The position numbers were made by a program, and so were the translations under genes. From Blastocystis sp. Blastoise (taxonomy: Eukaryota; Protista; Bigyra: Opalinata), in NCBI GenBank assembly GCA_039096225.1, contig JBBPEB010000018.1, positions 62,001 to 126,000 of the forward strand: a stretch of DNA of 64,000 nt, given 5' to 3'. This document shows positions 12,417 through 25,540 of the stretch, in pieces. Position 1 is the first letter of the stretch. Every line of letters begins with the position of its first letter. Under the pieces are notes generated by a model. It was not told the DNA's origin. It worked only from the letters and a program-made list of their open reading frames with translations, and ran no database searches.

Positions 12417-15395
12417 TATTAATATCCTTAATTTAGCAGCCCAAAAGTACGGTGTCTCACACACTTTTTGTGTTATTGACTTTGTTATTAACTTTTATAA
12501 AATAAAAATAACATCATAAAAACCGGAACACAATTCTAAAAATGACTGTTAAATTTTTTTTTCGAAAACTCTAAATTTCTGGCTAAAAAACGCAAAAAAC
12601 CATTTTCGCACAAAATTTTAACCAAAATTATTGGATTATTTTTATTTTATCCAATATTTTTCATTTTTTTAAAAACACTTATTTTTCGTTTTTCATTTTT
12701 TATTGTTTTCTTATTTTTGCTATATCACTTCACATACTCTATATTTATTTTTATGAAATTGACTTTTATTGACGGGTTGGTCTAATAAATAGTTTTGACG
12801 GGTAAATTTGTTTATATTAAGAACTTGACAACATATCAATACAAAGATCACTAACTATAAACTCTAAAACCATTTCATATGTAATGAATATGACCTTAAC
12901 TACTCTGAAATAGCAACAATTCCTTTAAATAACGACAAAAGACAAACTGATATCCAACACATTCCTTCTTAATAAACTTAATTGAACTGTTTTGTATTTA
13001 TCTAACTCTATATCCGTCATAAATATGTTTTATATTTTTATAATATCAATTAAAAGAGAAACATTTGCTTTTAAAAATTTTTGTGTTTGACATCCAATTT
13101 TGTGATCATCAGATCTCAGTCGATTTTAAACATAAAATAAAAGTTAAAACATATTTGTAAACTAGACAACCTAAATGTCATCCGTTTTTTATATTTTTAC
13201 TTAATATTAAATATTGACTGAGAAACATACATTTATATGAAAAACATAAAAATGAAAAATTTCTAAAAAGGGTATATTTTGTGATCACTAGATCTCAGTC
13301 AATATTTTATAAAATAATAAAGTTAAAGCTTATTTAGATATAGGACAACCTAAATGTCATCCGTTTTTGTCACTTTTTCAAAATATTAAAAAATGAAGTC
13401 ACAGGAGACAATAGTTGAACTCACTAAAAAAATAACGTTCGAAATTTTTCTCAAAACTTTTTTATTTGTTTTTTGTCAATAATTTCATCATTAGCAATTT
13501 TATTTGACATTAGACTTTATATTTAAAAACTATATATCAAAATAAACATATTTTATAATTTTTTATGGTTTTTAAAAGACTGTGACAACAGATCACCAGA
13601 CAATGTTAACTCAATAAACTCTTAAAACGTTTTAATTAGTGTTTAGAATCATTCATGGACACTGAATATGATTTATTTGAAAAAGTTAGGACAACATGTT
13701 GAACTGATACAGACAATGTTTGTTCTAAAAAGTTAGTTATGAGTCTTACTAAGTTGTAAATATCATAAATATGCTTTAAATAAATAAATATGCTTTTAAT
13801 TATCTTTAATTAGTGAAATAAGTCGTTTAAAAAGAAGAAAGCATTTTTGATACTATAGTTTATTTTGGCAATTTTTCCATCAATATTAATTTTTAAAAAA
13901 TAAATAAAACTTATATATAAACTAGACAACCTATAGTTTATATATTTATAAAAGTATTATCAAAATATAAAATAACTTTTGAGATAAAAAATTATATATG
14001 CAAAACATAAAAAAATTAATTTTTGAAAAAAGGGTATAGTTTATCGTTTTAATTTCTCAGTCAATATTTAATTATTTTATATATTTTTAACAAATAAATA
14101 TAGAGAATAAACTATATTAACAATATAAATTTTAATATTTGAAATTAATAAAAAAATGAGTTCAGTAGAGTCAATAGTGTAACATGTTAAAAAACTGAAA
14201 ATTGAAAAATCATTTTTCTAAAAATTTTCCAAAAGTTGACAAATCAAATTAATATTTTACAACTATTTTTTATATATTTGAAGACTAGGCCTTATATGTA
14301 TTGCATATCTCAAAATAATAGTCAAAATTGGGTTAGACGAGTGTATATATATGCACATGTTGACTCAAAATTTTATAAAAAGTAGTTCAATGTGTCCTAA
14401 ACCACATATTAGGACAATTCTGAAAATATTATCACTTTATAATGAGTTTAAAGGGTAAAATAGTTTTGAATTGTCTGTTTGACTGTCTTAAGTGAAGAGA
14501 TTCAATACACTTTTTATAAAAATGAGTATTAGAGTGTTTAATGTTTATAATAATAAAAGAATTGTTTGAAATAAAGGTGGTTGTGTGTTTGACCAAAATG
14601 TTAAAATAAGTCTATTTTTCCAAAATGGTTGTAATAAGTATGTATAGAGTGTTTTTTGACTGTTTTATATTAAAATCTACAATAAATAAATATTTTAAGT
14701 TGTTCAAAAAATTATTTTTTTAGAATTACAATAGTTAAGTCAAGAGATTCAAGTTACCTTTTATTAAAATAATAAATAGACTTATTATAGAACATAAAAT
14801 ATTAAAAATTAGTTTAATTAAACATGGTTGATTGTTTGATATGAATGTTAAAATGGGTAAAAAGATTTTAATTGTTTCTAAAACCGTATAATACGTTTAT
14901 TTTTGACTAAATACAAAACTATTATAGTTTAAAGAATGTTTTTTGTCTTTCAAAAGAACTCATTTTTTTGTAATTGTGACTTTAAACAAAAGAGATTCAA
15001 GTTATTTTTTATAAATTAAAATAACAAATTAAATATATATGTATATGAATATAAAATTCGTTTTAATAAAAGTGAATGTGTATATTTAAAAATGTTAAAG
15101 TCTTTTAGAGTTTTTTTAAAATGACTAATTTGTTTTATAAACGATATTTTATATCAATAATAAAAGTTTTCAAAGTACTAAATCTATTTACTTATGAAAT
15201 GTAGTGTATTCTTTGATTAATATTTTAGTTTTTAGTTTTTATTTAATGAAATAGTCATTAATGTTATTATTAAATTTTAATTTATTATGAACTATTAATT
15301 TAAAATAATGAAAAGATATTTTTTTATAAAACTATTTTTTTTTATTTTTATCTAGATTCAAGCGTAGGCTGGCGTAGCCAGTCGTGAAACGCTTG
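12417..15395 (+). mobile_element. ~3-kb family B element, copy 2 (head-to-tail with copy 1)
   Basis: Same termini; separated from copy 1 by 14 nt. Confidence 0.75.
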
Positions 15396-15518
15396 TTTTT
15401 TTTAATTTTATTGAATAAACAGGAGATAATCTATTTGATCATTTATTACATAAAGTATTTATTTAAAAAATAGATTCTATAAATTTATTAATAACAACAA
15501 AAAAATGGTTAACATTGG

Positions 15519-18500
15519 TTAATAATTATCATAAACAAATACATATATATATTCATCAGAATAAAAGACATGCTGAATATGAGTAGAATACATTAAACCT
15601 ATTTTATTTATTTACCAATATAATTACGTTCATAACCGTATATTAAAAAAAATTTAAAAATAAAATAAATATTATCAATATGGCTATCTTTGCTAATCTA
15701 GAAATAATTAAACAGTTATATATAATATTTTTACATATAAAATCATAATAAGATACTTTGCTGAATCAAGCTGAAAGATATATTAATCTAAATATTTTCG
15801 TTATATAATTAATCATAAAATCTAAACTATACACTATTACTTAACAAAATATGTATTTTTCTAAATATCAAAAGGATAATAATAAATATAATAATAAATA
15901 AAATAATAAATAATAAATTTAAAAAAATAAATAATTACAATAGTAATTCCAGGAGAGTTAATAATAACATATAATATTTGAGTATAAGAATTATATTGTC
16001 CATATTGTTCTTCTCCTTTCTTTAAGTGTATAAAATGAGTATGTAAGAAGATTGGTGTCTTATTCATTTCTCTTTCAGATATTATATCTTTTGTAGATTC
16101 AGATGTTTGAGGAGAAAGAGAAGAAACTGAATCTGTTGAAACTGAGAATGAAGTTAAATCAGGAAGAATATAATATTTCAAATAATTCTTAGATATATAT
16201 TTATGACACTTATAACTATATATATATAATTATATATATTATATATTAATATCCTTAATTTAGTTCTGCAAAAGTACGGTGTCTCACACACTTTCACTAT
16301 TATTGACTTTGTTATTAACTTTTATAAAATAAAAATTACATCATAAAATCCGGAACACAATTCTGAAAATGACTGTTAAAAAAATTTTTCGAAAACTCTA
16401 AATTTCTGGCTAAAAAACGCAAAAAACCATTTTCGCACAAAATTTTAACCAAAATTATTGGATTATTTTTATTTTATCCAATGTTATTCATTTTTATAAA
16501 AACACTTATTTTTCGTTTTTCATTTTTTATTGTTTTCTTATTTTTCCTATATCTATTAACATACTCTATATTTATTTTTATAAAATTAACTTTTATTGAC
16601 GGGTTAGTCTAATAAATAGTTTTGACGGGTAAATTTGTTTATATTAAGAACTTGACAACATATCAATACACACATTACTAACTATAAACTCTAAAGTGGT
16701 TTCAGTTGTCATGACAATGACCTTAACTACTCTGAAACAACAATAAATCTTTTAAATAACGACAAAAGACAAACTGATATCCAACACATTCCTTCTTAAT
16801 AAACTTATTTGAGCTTTAATGTATTTATTTAACTCTATATCCGTCATAAATATGTTTTATATTTTAATAATATGTTTTAAAAGAGAAATATTTGTTTATA
16901 AAAATTTTTCATCTTTGATAACCAATTTTGTTATCATCAGATCTCAGTCAATATTCAACATATAATAAAAATAAAAACATATGTGTAAACAAGACAACCC
17001 AAATGTCATCCATTTTTTATATTTTTGTTTAATATTTAATATTGACCGAGATATGTTAATTTATATGAAAAACATAAAAATGAGAATTTTCTAAAAATGG
17101 TATATTTTGTTATCATCAGTTCTCAGTCAATATTTTATAAAATAAAAAGGTTAAAGCTTATTTAGATATAGGACGACCTAAATGTCATCCGTTTTTGCCA
17201 TTTTTTCAAAATATTAAAAAATGAAGTCACAGGAGACAAGAGTTAAACTCAATAAAAAAATGACGTTCGAAAATTTTGTTAAAATTTTTTCATTTGTTTG
17301 TTGTCAATAATTTCATCATTTATAAATATATTTGATATTTGACTCTATATTGAATCACTAAATACCAAAATAAACATATTTTATTATTTTATTTTGTTTT
17401 TAAAAGACTTTGACAACAGATCACCAGACAATGTTAACTCAATAAACTCTTAAAACGTTTAGATTAGTGTTTAGAATCACTCATAGACACTGTATGTGAC
17501 TTATTTACAAAAGTTAAGACAACATGTTGAACTGATACTGACAATGTTTGTTTTAAAAAGTCAGTTGTCAGTCTTTATGATTTGGAAATGTCATAAATAA
17601 GCTTTAAATAAGAAAATTAGTTTTTAAAAATCTTTAATTAGTGAAATAAGTCGTTTAAAAAGAAGAAAGCATTTTTGATACTATAGTTTATTTTGATAAT
17701 TTCTCCATCAATATTAATTTTTAAAAAATAAATAAAACTTATTTATAAACTAGACAACCTATAGTTTATATATTTATAAAAATATTATCTAAATATAAAA
17801 TAACTTTTGAGATAAAAAATTATATATGCAAAATATAAAAAAATCATTTTTTGAAAAAAGGGTATACTTTATAACATTAATTTCTCAGTCAATATTTAAT
17901 TATTTTATATAATTATAACAAATAAATATAGAGAATAAAACATATTAATAATATAAATTTTAATATTTGAAATTAATAAAAAAATGAGTTCAGTAGAGTC
18001 AATAGTGTAACATGTTAAAAAACTGAAAATTGAAAAATCATTTTTCTAAAAATTTTCCAAAACTTGACAAATCAAATTCATATTTGACAATTAATTTTTA
18101 CATTTTTGTAAATTAGACCTTATATGTATTGCATTTCTCAAAAAAATGGTCAAAATTGGGTTAGACGAGTGAATGACAAACTGGAAATGTTGACTCATAA
18201 TTTTGTAAAAAGTAGTTCAATGTGTCCTAAATCACATATCAAAGCAATTCTATAAATATTATCACTTTATAATGAGTTTAAAGGGTAAAATAATTTTGAA
18301 TTGTCTGTTTGACTGTCTTAAGTGAAGAGATTCAATACACTTTCTGTAAAAATGAGTATTAGAGTGTTTAATGTTTATAATAATAAAAGAATTGTTTGAA
18401 ATAAAGGTGGTTGTGTGTTTGACCAAAATGTTAAAATGAGTCTATTTTTCTAAAATGGTTGTAATAAGTATGTATAGAGTGTTTTTAAATTGTTTTATAT

Positions 18501-19290
18501 TAAAATCTATAATAAATAAATAATTTAAGTTGTTCAAAAAATTATTTTTTTAGAATTACAATAGTTAAGTCAAGAGATTCAAGTTACCTTTTATTAAAAT
18601 AATAAATAGACTTATTATAGAACATAAAATATTAAAAATTAATTTAATTAAACATGGTTGACTGTTTGATAGGAATGTTAAAATGGGTAAAATGATTTTA
18701 ATTGCTTCTAAAACAGTATAATACGTTTTTATGTCACTAAATACAAAACTATTATTGTTTAAAGAATGTTTTTTATCTTTCAAAAGAACTCATTTTTTGT
18801 AATTGTGACTTTAAATAAATGAAATTCAAGTTATTCTTTATAAATAAAAATAATAAATCAAATATATATGTATATTAGCACAAAATTCGTTTTAATAAAA
18901 GTGAGTATATGTATTTCAAAATGTTATAGTTTTTTAGAGTTTTTTTATAATAACTTATTTGTTGTGTAAACTCTATTTTATAAACAATACTATAGTTTTT
19001 TAAGTATTTAAATATATTTACTAATGAAATAGAATGTAATCTTTATTTTATATATAGTTAATTTTTATTTTTTAATTTTCTTTTTATGAAACAATTATTG
19101 ATAATATTAATAAAATATGAAACCATTATTGATAATATTAATAAAACAAAACAAAATTTGAAATAAATAATTTTTATATAATGAAAAGATAGTCTTTTTA
19201 CAAATTATTTTTTTATGTTTATTTAGATTCAAGCGTAGGCTGGCGTAGCCAGTCGTGAAACGCTTGTAAATATAAATAATAATAATAATA

Positions 19291-19325
<35 letters not shown>

Positions 19326-20270
19326 TATATACTCATTCACTTTATAAATTTGGGATTGATTTTCTAGATCTAATATAGCTGTGGAGATAGCTCGATGGAA
19401 AGATACTATATCTTGTGGAATATAAGGAGAAATCGAATGATGTTCTATATATGCAGATACATTGTCATATATATCAGATATCTTAATACCATCCATACCT
19501 AAAGATTTCATTATACATATAATATAGAGAAAGATTATATATATATATATATATACCACTAGAGTCTATAATATTATTTATACATATATATAATTTATAT
19601 TGATCAATATAATTATATAATGTAATATCTTCATCAATATCTGGCTTATTCTATAAAATAATATATTATTTTTTTAAATCAATTATATATATATATATAT
19701 ACATAATGAATAGGATCTAATATACACCAATATTCATTTTTATTTTTATATATATCTTTCTCTTCTTTATATATACATAATTGTCGACTATTTCCTTCAT
19801 TTTCTAAGAATTGACTCATATTTCGTACTACATAAATATCTTTACTATTATCTATATATCGATTACATCGCTTATTCTCTACTTTCTCTTCTTCTTCTTC
19901 TTCTTCATCTTCATCTTCATCTTCTTTTGAATTTGATATAGTAAATAATTCTTTATCTATATCTATATCGGTATCTATATCTATATCTATATCGGTATCT
20001 GTGTCTATATCTATATCAGTATCTATATTCTCATCTCTCTCAATATTATTCATATTCATAGTTTCTATTATTGATGTATCTGCTATTATATTATTATCAT
20101 TAGATTGAATATTTATATCATTTGATAAACTTATATTATTAATCTTTAATAATGATAATGGATCTTTATATAGAATTCGATATTCTCCACTGGCTATTGA
20201 ATGAATATAAGAAGCTAAGTCTGTTTCTAATTGAGATATACGATTGTTTATAGAATAATATGGGAAATTC

Positions 20271-20301
<31 letters not shown>

Positions 20302-21132
20302 TAATATATATTAATATATATTAATATATTTATTACATATAAAATAAAATACTTTATTTTGAATATAAATTTCTTTTGATTTACTACCAATAGCAAGGTA
20401 TTGAGATAAAGAAAGCGGATATATAGGAAGTGTATCATTCTTCTATACATTATTAATATATTCAATTATAATTATCAAGAAAACATTAATAAATACATTT
20501 TGTAAATAATAAGAATAATAAACTGGTTTTCCTTCTCCAAAAATTGCATGTTCACATATATATTTATAAAATACATTTTGTATATCTTCTTCTTTAAAAC
20601 ACTATATAATTATTAATATCATATATTATAATATAATCTAATTATTATATACATTAGTTAAAATAGAAAATAATTCTTTCTTTATATTTGTATAACATGA
20701 TTCTTGATGTAAGAAGAATATAGTTAGGATTGTATAGATAAGTGGGTATATAGCTGGATAAGGTGTAGGAAGAGACGCAGGATGTAAATATTCAGGGAAT
20801 ATATAATCATATAATGGAGCTATATATATATATTAAATAAGATAGATAAACATTATCTTTATATACAGAGTAAATTAATATTAAGAGTAAATAGAGTAGA
20901 TGCTAATCCTTTAGGATGACGAAATAGTAAGAGGAATAATGTTTTACATTGTTCAATAGATAGAGATACAGATTCAGATTATGAACTCCATCCAATATGT
21001 AACTATATTTATTAATATATAATATATAATCAGAATAATAAATCTATACTGTTCGTAATGGTCGATATTGAAATTGTTTGTTCGTTAAAACAACGGGAAT
21101 AGCATGAAGACGAGTATTAGAATAAAACTATG

Positions 21133-21179
<47 letters not shown>

Positions 21180-22560
21180 TTATATTAGAGAATAATAATA
21201 ATAATAATAATAATAACAATAACAATAACAATATATATACTATAATCATCTTCAACTGTATTATATTTATCGAATACATTATTTAAATATTCAGGGATAT
21301 CAGTATACAAGGAAGATAAATTTGATATATATAGGTCAAAATATTCACGGAAATTGTATAATAGCCAGAAGCATGTACAGTTCATACTATTTATAATAAT
21401 AATAATAAAAAAAAATAACAATAATAAAAATATATATATCTACACGTAGTTTCAAGAACACTACCATCTTTATAACGTCTTAATTCTGATTTAGCACCCC
21501 AGAAAGCGCGGTATTCAGCACACTATAATAATAATAATATTAATAAATAATGAAATATTAATATATATATACAGCTTGTTGATCTTCTGCTGATCGTCCT
21601 TTATTGATTGTTATAGAAAGAGATGAAGGATGAAGAGAGAGACATATATAGAAGAAGGAATTGTATTTATGAGACTATATATATATAATAAATGAAAAAT
21701 AAAATATTATTCATCATAATAATAAATAAAAAAATAATACTGACGATGATGATGATATATATATATATAATATACTTTATTATCTTTTAATTTATTTTGT
21801 TTATTAATAAATACTATACACGATAATATTCTTTCTTTTAAAGCTTTTTCTGTTAGCAATATTAATTATCTTTGCATATATATATAGGATAAGGAATATT
21901 ATATAAAGACTCAGGATAAGAAGATTGAGAAGATAAAGGAGGCATTGAAATACTATATAATAATAATAATAATAGTAATAATAATAATAATAAATATATA
22001 TATATACCAATATATTCTAAAAATAATTTTAGCATTTGTGTAGGAGTCATGTGCGATGTAATAATATTTTGATCACATAGGGAACACAAAAGAACACTAA
22101 GATAAAATCCATTAATTGAATCACCATATTGAGAAATATTATGTTAAAAAAAGACAGCCCATATAATAAATAAAACAAAATAATAATAAATACAATAAAC
22201 AGAATTTAAATAATAAATATACTAATAATATACCTTTAATAACTGAATAGTTTTACCTATATTGGGGTATTTCTTCATATATATATATATAGTATGAACG
22301 GATAAGTATATATCCTCAAAAACCAAATTAGTATAATAAGAAGTAGATACAGTAGCTATATATATATATATATATATATATAAAGATAATTAATAAATAA
22401 TAATAAAATATTATAAATATATATCATATAATAGTAAAAAATATATACATGGTTTTCCATTAAAAATTTGTCTACAATTATTTCTCTCTTCATTTAAATG
22501 TTATATCAAAACGACAATAAGAGATAGAAGGAATCAGACGAGCTTTATACGTATATTTAC
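15519..22560 (-). pseudogene. NOL6: NOL6/Utp22 (Nrap family) disrupted copy
   Basis: Signature EYRAFWGAKSELRRYKDGSVLET (~21450-21520) and GDSINGFYLSVLLCSL...MLKLFLEYI. Lesions: frameshift ~22500, missing acceptor plus TAA ~22145-22165, frameshift/deletion ~21860, in-frame TAA ~20980. Confidence 0.75.
16244..19266 (+). mobile_element. ~3-kb family B element, copy 3 (inside an intron of the NOL6 copy, antisense)
   Basis: Same termini; lies between minus-strand donor 19332 and acceptor 16216. Confidence 0.75.
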
Positions 22561-22603
22561 TATAATAATTACATAAGTATAGTATAATTAAGATATATAT
22601 ATT

Positions 22604-22699
<96 letters not shown>
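22604..22699 (+). repeat. (AAT)n microsatellite
   Basis: Direct reading. Confidence 0.95.
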
Positions 22700-22701
<2 letters not shown>

Positions 22702-22949
22702 ATTCTTTTTTCTATTTAAAAAAAACCGAGAAGAATAAAATAAATACAAAAAGTTGGATCACTTAATTAAAGTTTTAATACTCTATATATATATATATAA
22801 TTGATTATCATAAAAGTATTATAAAAATAATATTAAGCAAAAAGATAAATAAGAAGAAAGCAATTACTGAAATAGATAAATATAAAAATAAATAAATAAA
22901 ATTAAAATAATAATAAAAAAAATAATTATAATATAATTAAAAAAATACT

Positions 22950-23290
22950 TTCCAAACTGACATAAAAGACACAAGAAAGACATTGAGGAGCCATCAATCA
23001 TTCTATAATATAAAATAAAGATAGATCAAATAAATAAAACTAATTAGAAAAAATAATTATATACTGAAACTATTTCTAACCAAGCTAAACCATTTGGGAT
23101 GACACAGAACACGATTCTACGACAGACTGATTTGTTTGATCTTTGAAAGGCCTGATTCCTAAATAACAAATGAATTAACTAAAATGAAAATATAAAAAAT
23201 ACAACAAATTTGAAACGCGAACATTGTGCATAAATAGAAACTAATATAATTAAATCAAATATATAATCGTACGTCAAGTTCAGCATAAAA
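22950..23290 (-). other. Unassigned short exons (possible 5' part of the NOL6 copy or a separate small gene)
   Basis: GT-AG-bounded segments splice to ...AELDFLFMHNVRVSNLLNQAFQRSNKSVCRRIVFCVIPNGLAWLEIVS; not recognised. Confidence 0.25.
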
Positions 23291-24060
23291 AATAAATAAA
23301 AGACCCAGTTTCAAGTTTTGCTTTTTTTTTTAAATAAAAAAAAAACCGTGTTACTCAAAAAATGACTGTCTGAATTTTTGTTTTTGACTATTTTTTATAA
23401 ACATCATAAAACAAGTTTTTTCATTTATATTATGAGTTTAGATGGTCTATTGAAAACATATTGACAACTTTTTACTGAAAACAAGTCAACATTTCCAAAC
23501 CACTGATGTTAAGAAAACAAACATAAAAACTAGCTCTGTCTGTCAGATAAAGACTCTATTGACCAAATATAAACTTAAAAACCTGATACTAACTCTATAT
23601 GAGAAGAATAAAGGAAAATAGAAAAATAATATCGACTTAGAATTTATTTTTCTTGTTTTTTAGAAAAATTCCTTCTCTAAACCACTTTTTTAGAAGGTCA
23701 AATTTTTTAAGAAAAATTATTGGACTATTTTAAAATTTTGCCAATCAAAACTCTTAAATAGGCCACCCTGCCTCATAGTGCTATTATACGTCAACAGCTA
23801 GATTTCATCTTGATTGAATACTTAGGATCTTATTATGGAACTATTTGATCTATTTACTATAAAATAGATAAAAAAACACATTTTTGCTGATAAAAACCTG
23901 ATCCATTCAGACTATCACCTGTAAATCTTTTCGAAATTCTTAAGAACTCAAGTCAGAAAATAGTAAGTTCCACAGAAAAATAGACTTTCGATTCGATGCT
24001 GTTTTTTATTTGGTTTGTTTTTTGTTGTTTTCTGCATTTATGTCCTATACTCCGGTAGAA

Positions 24061-25237
24061 ATGAGTCTTGATCGTTGTATATATGAAACAACAAACACAT
24101 TACATATATCTTGATATAGACATTGATAACGTTATAAATATAATTTGTGGAATTAAGTCTAGTGAACTTGTATTTATTTGCTTATAGTGAATGCTTTTAT
24201 TATTTTATTATATAGAGACCATGGGAAGATTTCTTTGGAACAGTTAGTAAACCAAAATCTGAATGGGAACGTCTCAAGAAGAGAATGGATACGAATTTAC
24301 TTTTCTACAAAACAAACTATGCTTATTTAGCTTGTCTTTTATATCTTGCTCTTTGTTTATTTAATATGAAGTTATTATTAGCCTCTTTAATAATCGCTGT
24401 TGTTATTGCGTATATATATATTCATCTTATATTATATTTGTTGTATTTCATATAGATTCTTATTTATGGAGCCTACAGGTCCCCTTGTAGTTATGAATAG
24501 AATTATAACAAAAACAGAAAAACTTTTCTTATCTATTATTTGTATTGTTATCACTACTAAACTCTTTGGAAGCTATACTCTATTCATGTTCACTGTTTGT
24601 GCCATTATTTCATGTATATATATATATTTTAGTTTATATATATAAATATTTTTTATTTTATTTTCTATAAATATATATTTTATAAATATATATTTTATAT
24701 TTCATAAATATTTATATTTTATATTTTATAAATATATATATTTTTTTAAATATTTTTTTCTTAATGTTTTATAAATATATATATATATTTTAAAATATAT
24801 ATTTTTTATATTTTATAAATATATTTTTCTTTTAATATATATCTACATTTCTATATACATATATAGTGATTCTTCTTCATAGTGTGATTCGAGAGCGATC
24901 TCTTCAAGCGAAAATGACATTTACAACTGAAAACATTAAATCGAATATTCGACAAAATCTTCAAAGAACTACGGAGGAAGTATGTCTTATGATTTTTATA
25001 TACTTTATTTATTATTTAATTATCACCAATTTAATAATGAAGTTAGAATACTATATATATATATATATATATACTTATAGATTCAAAGTGATAGTCAGAT
25101 GGATGAAGATTCCTCTATTGGTTTATTTACAAATCCTATTAAAAATAGTATATTTATATATTATTAATATATTATTTTATTTATATACTACATAATATAT
25201 AACTCTTATAGATGAACTCAGACAAAGAAAACATTAA
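24061..25237 (+). CDS. PRA1 family protein (prenylated Rab acceptor), 7 exons
   Basis: Spliced MSLDRYIDNVINIICGIKSSEL-RPWEDFFG...RMDTNLLFYKTNY...ILLHSVIRERS, matching PRA1 motifs RPWxxF, NLxYYxxNY and LLHAxxR. TAA at 25235-25237. Confidence 0.85.
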
Positions 25238-25540
25238 TATGAAGTTATATTGGGTAGTTTATTATTATTTCTATTATATGAATTTTTAGAATACATTTTT
25301 TTTTAACATTTAAAAAAATTTCCATATCTTCAAAATATGTTATATTAAATATATTTATTATGTTTTATAATGAATCATTGAAGAGAAATTGTTGTTTCTT
25401 ATGAGATGTGAGTTTATGTGTTTATTTTTTTAAATTGCTATTTTGATAAGTATTCGCTTTTGTTTTGATTAATTGTTTTGTTTGCATCTCTATATGTTTC
25501 AGTTTTATTATCTCAGAGTAAGTATATTCTTGTATACAAA

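Noticed and set aside
15519-15555. Polyadenylation-created stop at the NOL6 3' end (GAA TA.. followed by TATTTGTT)
   Set aside because: Spacing does not fit the 5-nt rule, an in-frame TAA follows shortly, and the gene is disrupted.
20975-22150. TAA reassignment suggested by in-frame TAA codons in NOL6
   Set aside because: Frameshifts and deletions occur in the same gene, and neighbouring genes end in TAA with no internal stops.
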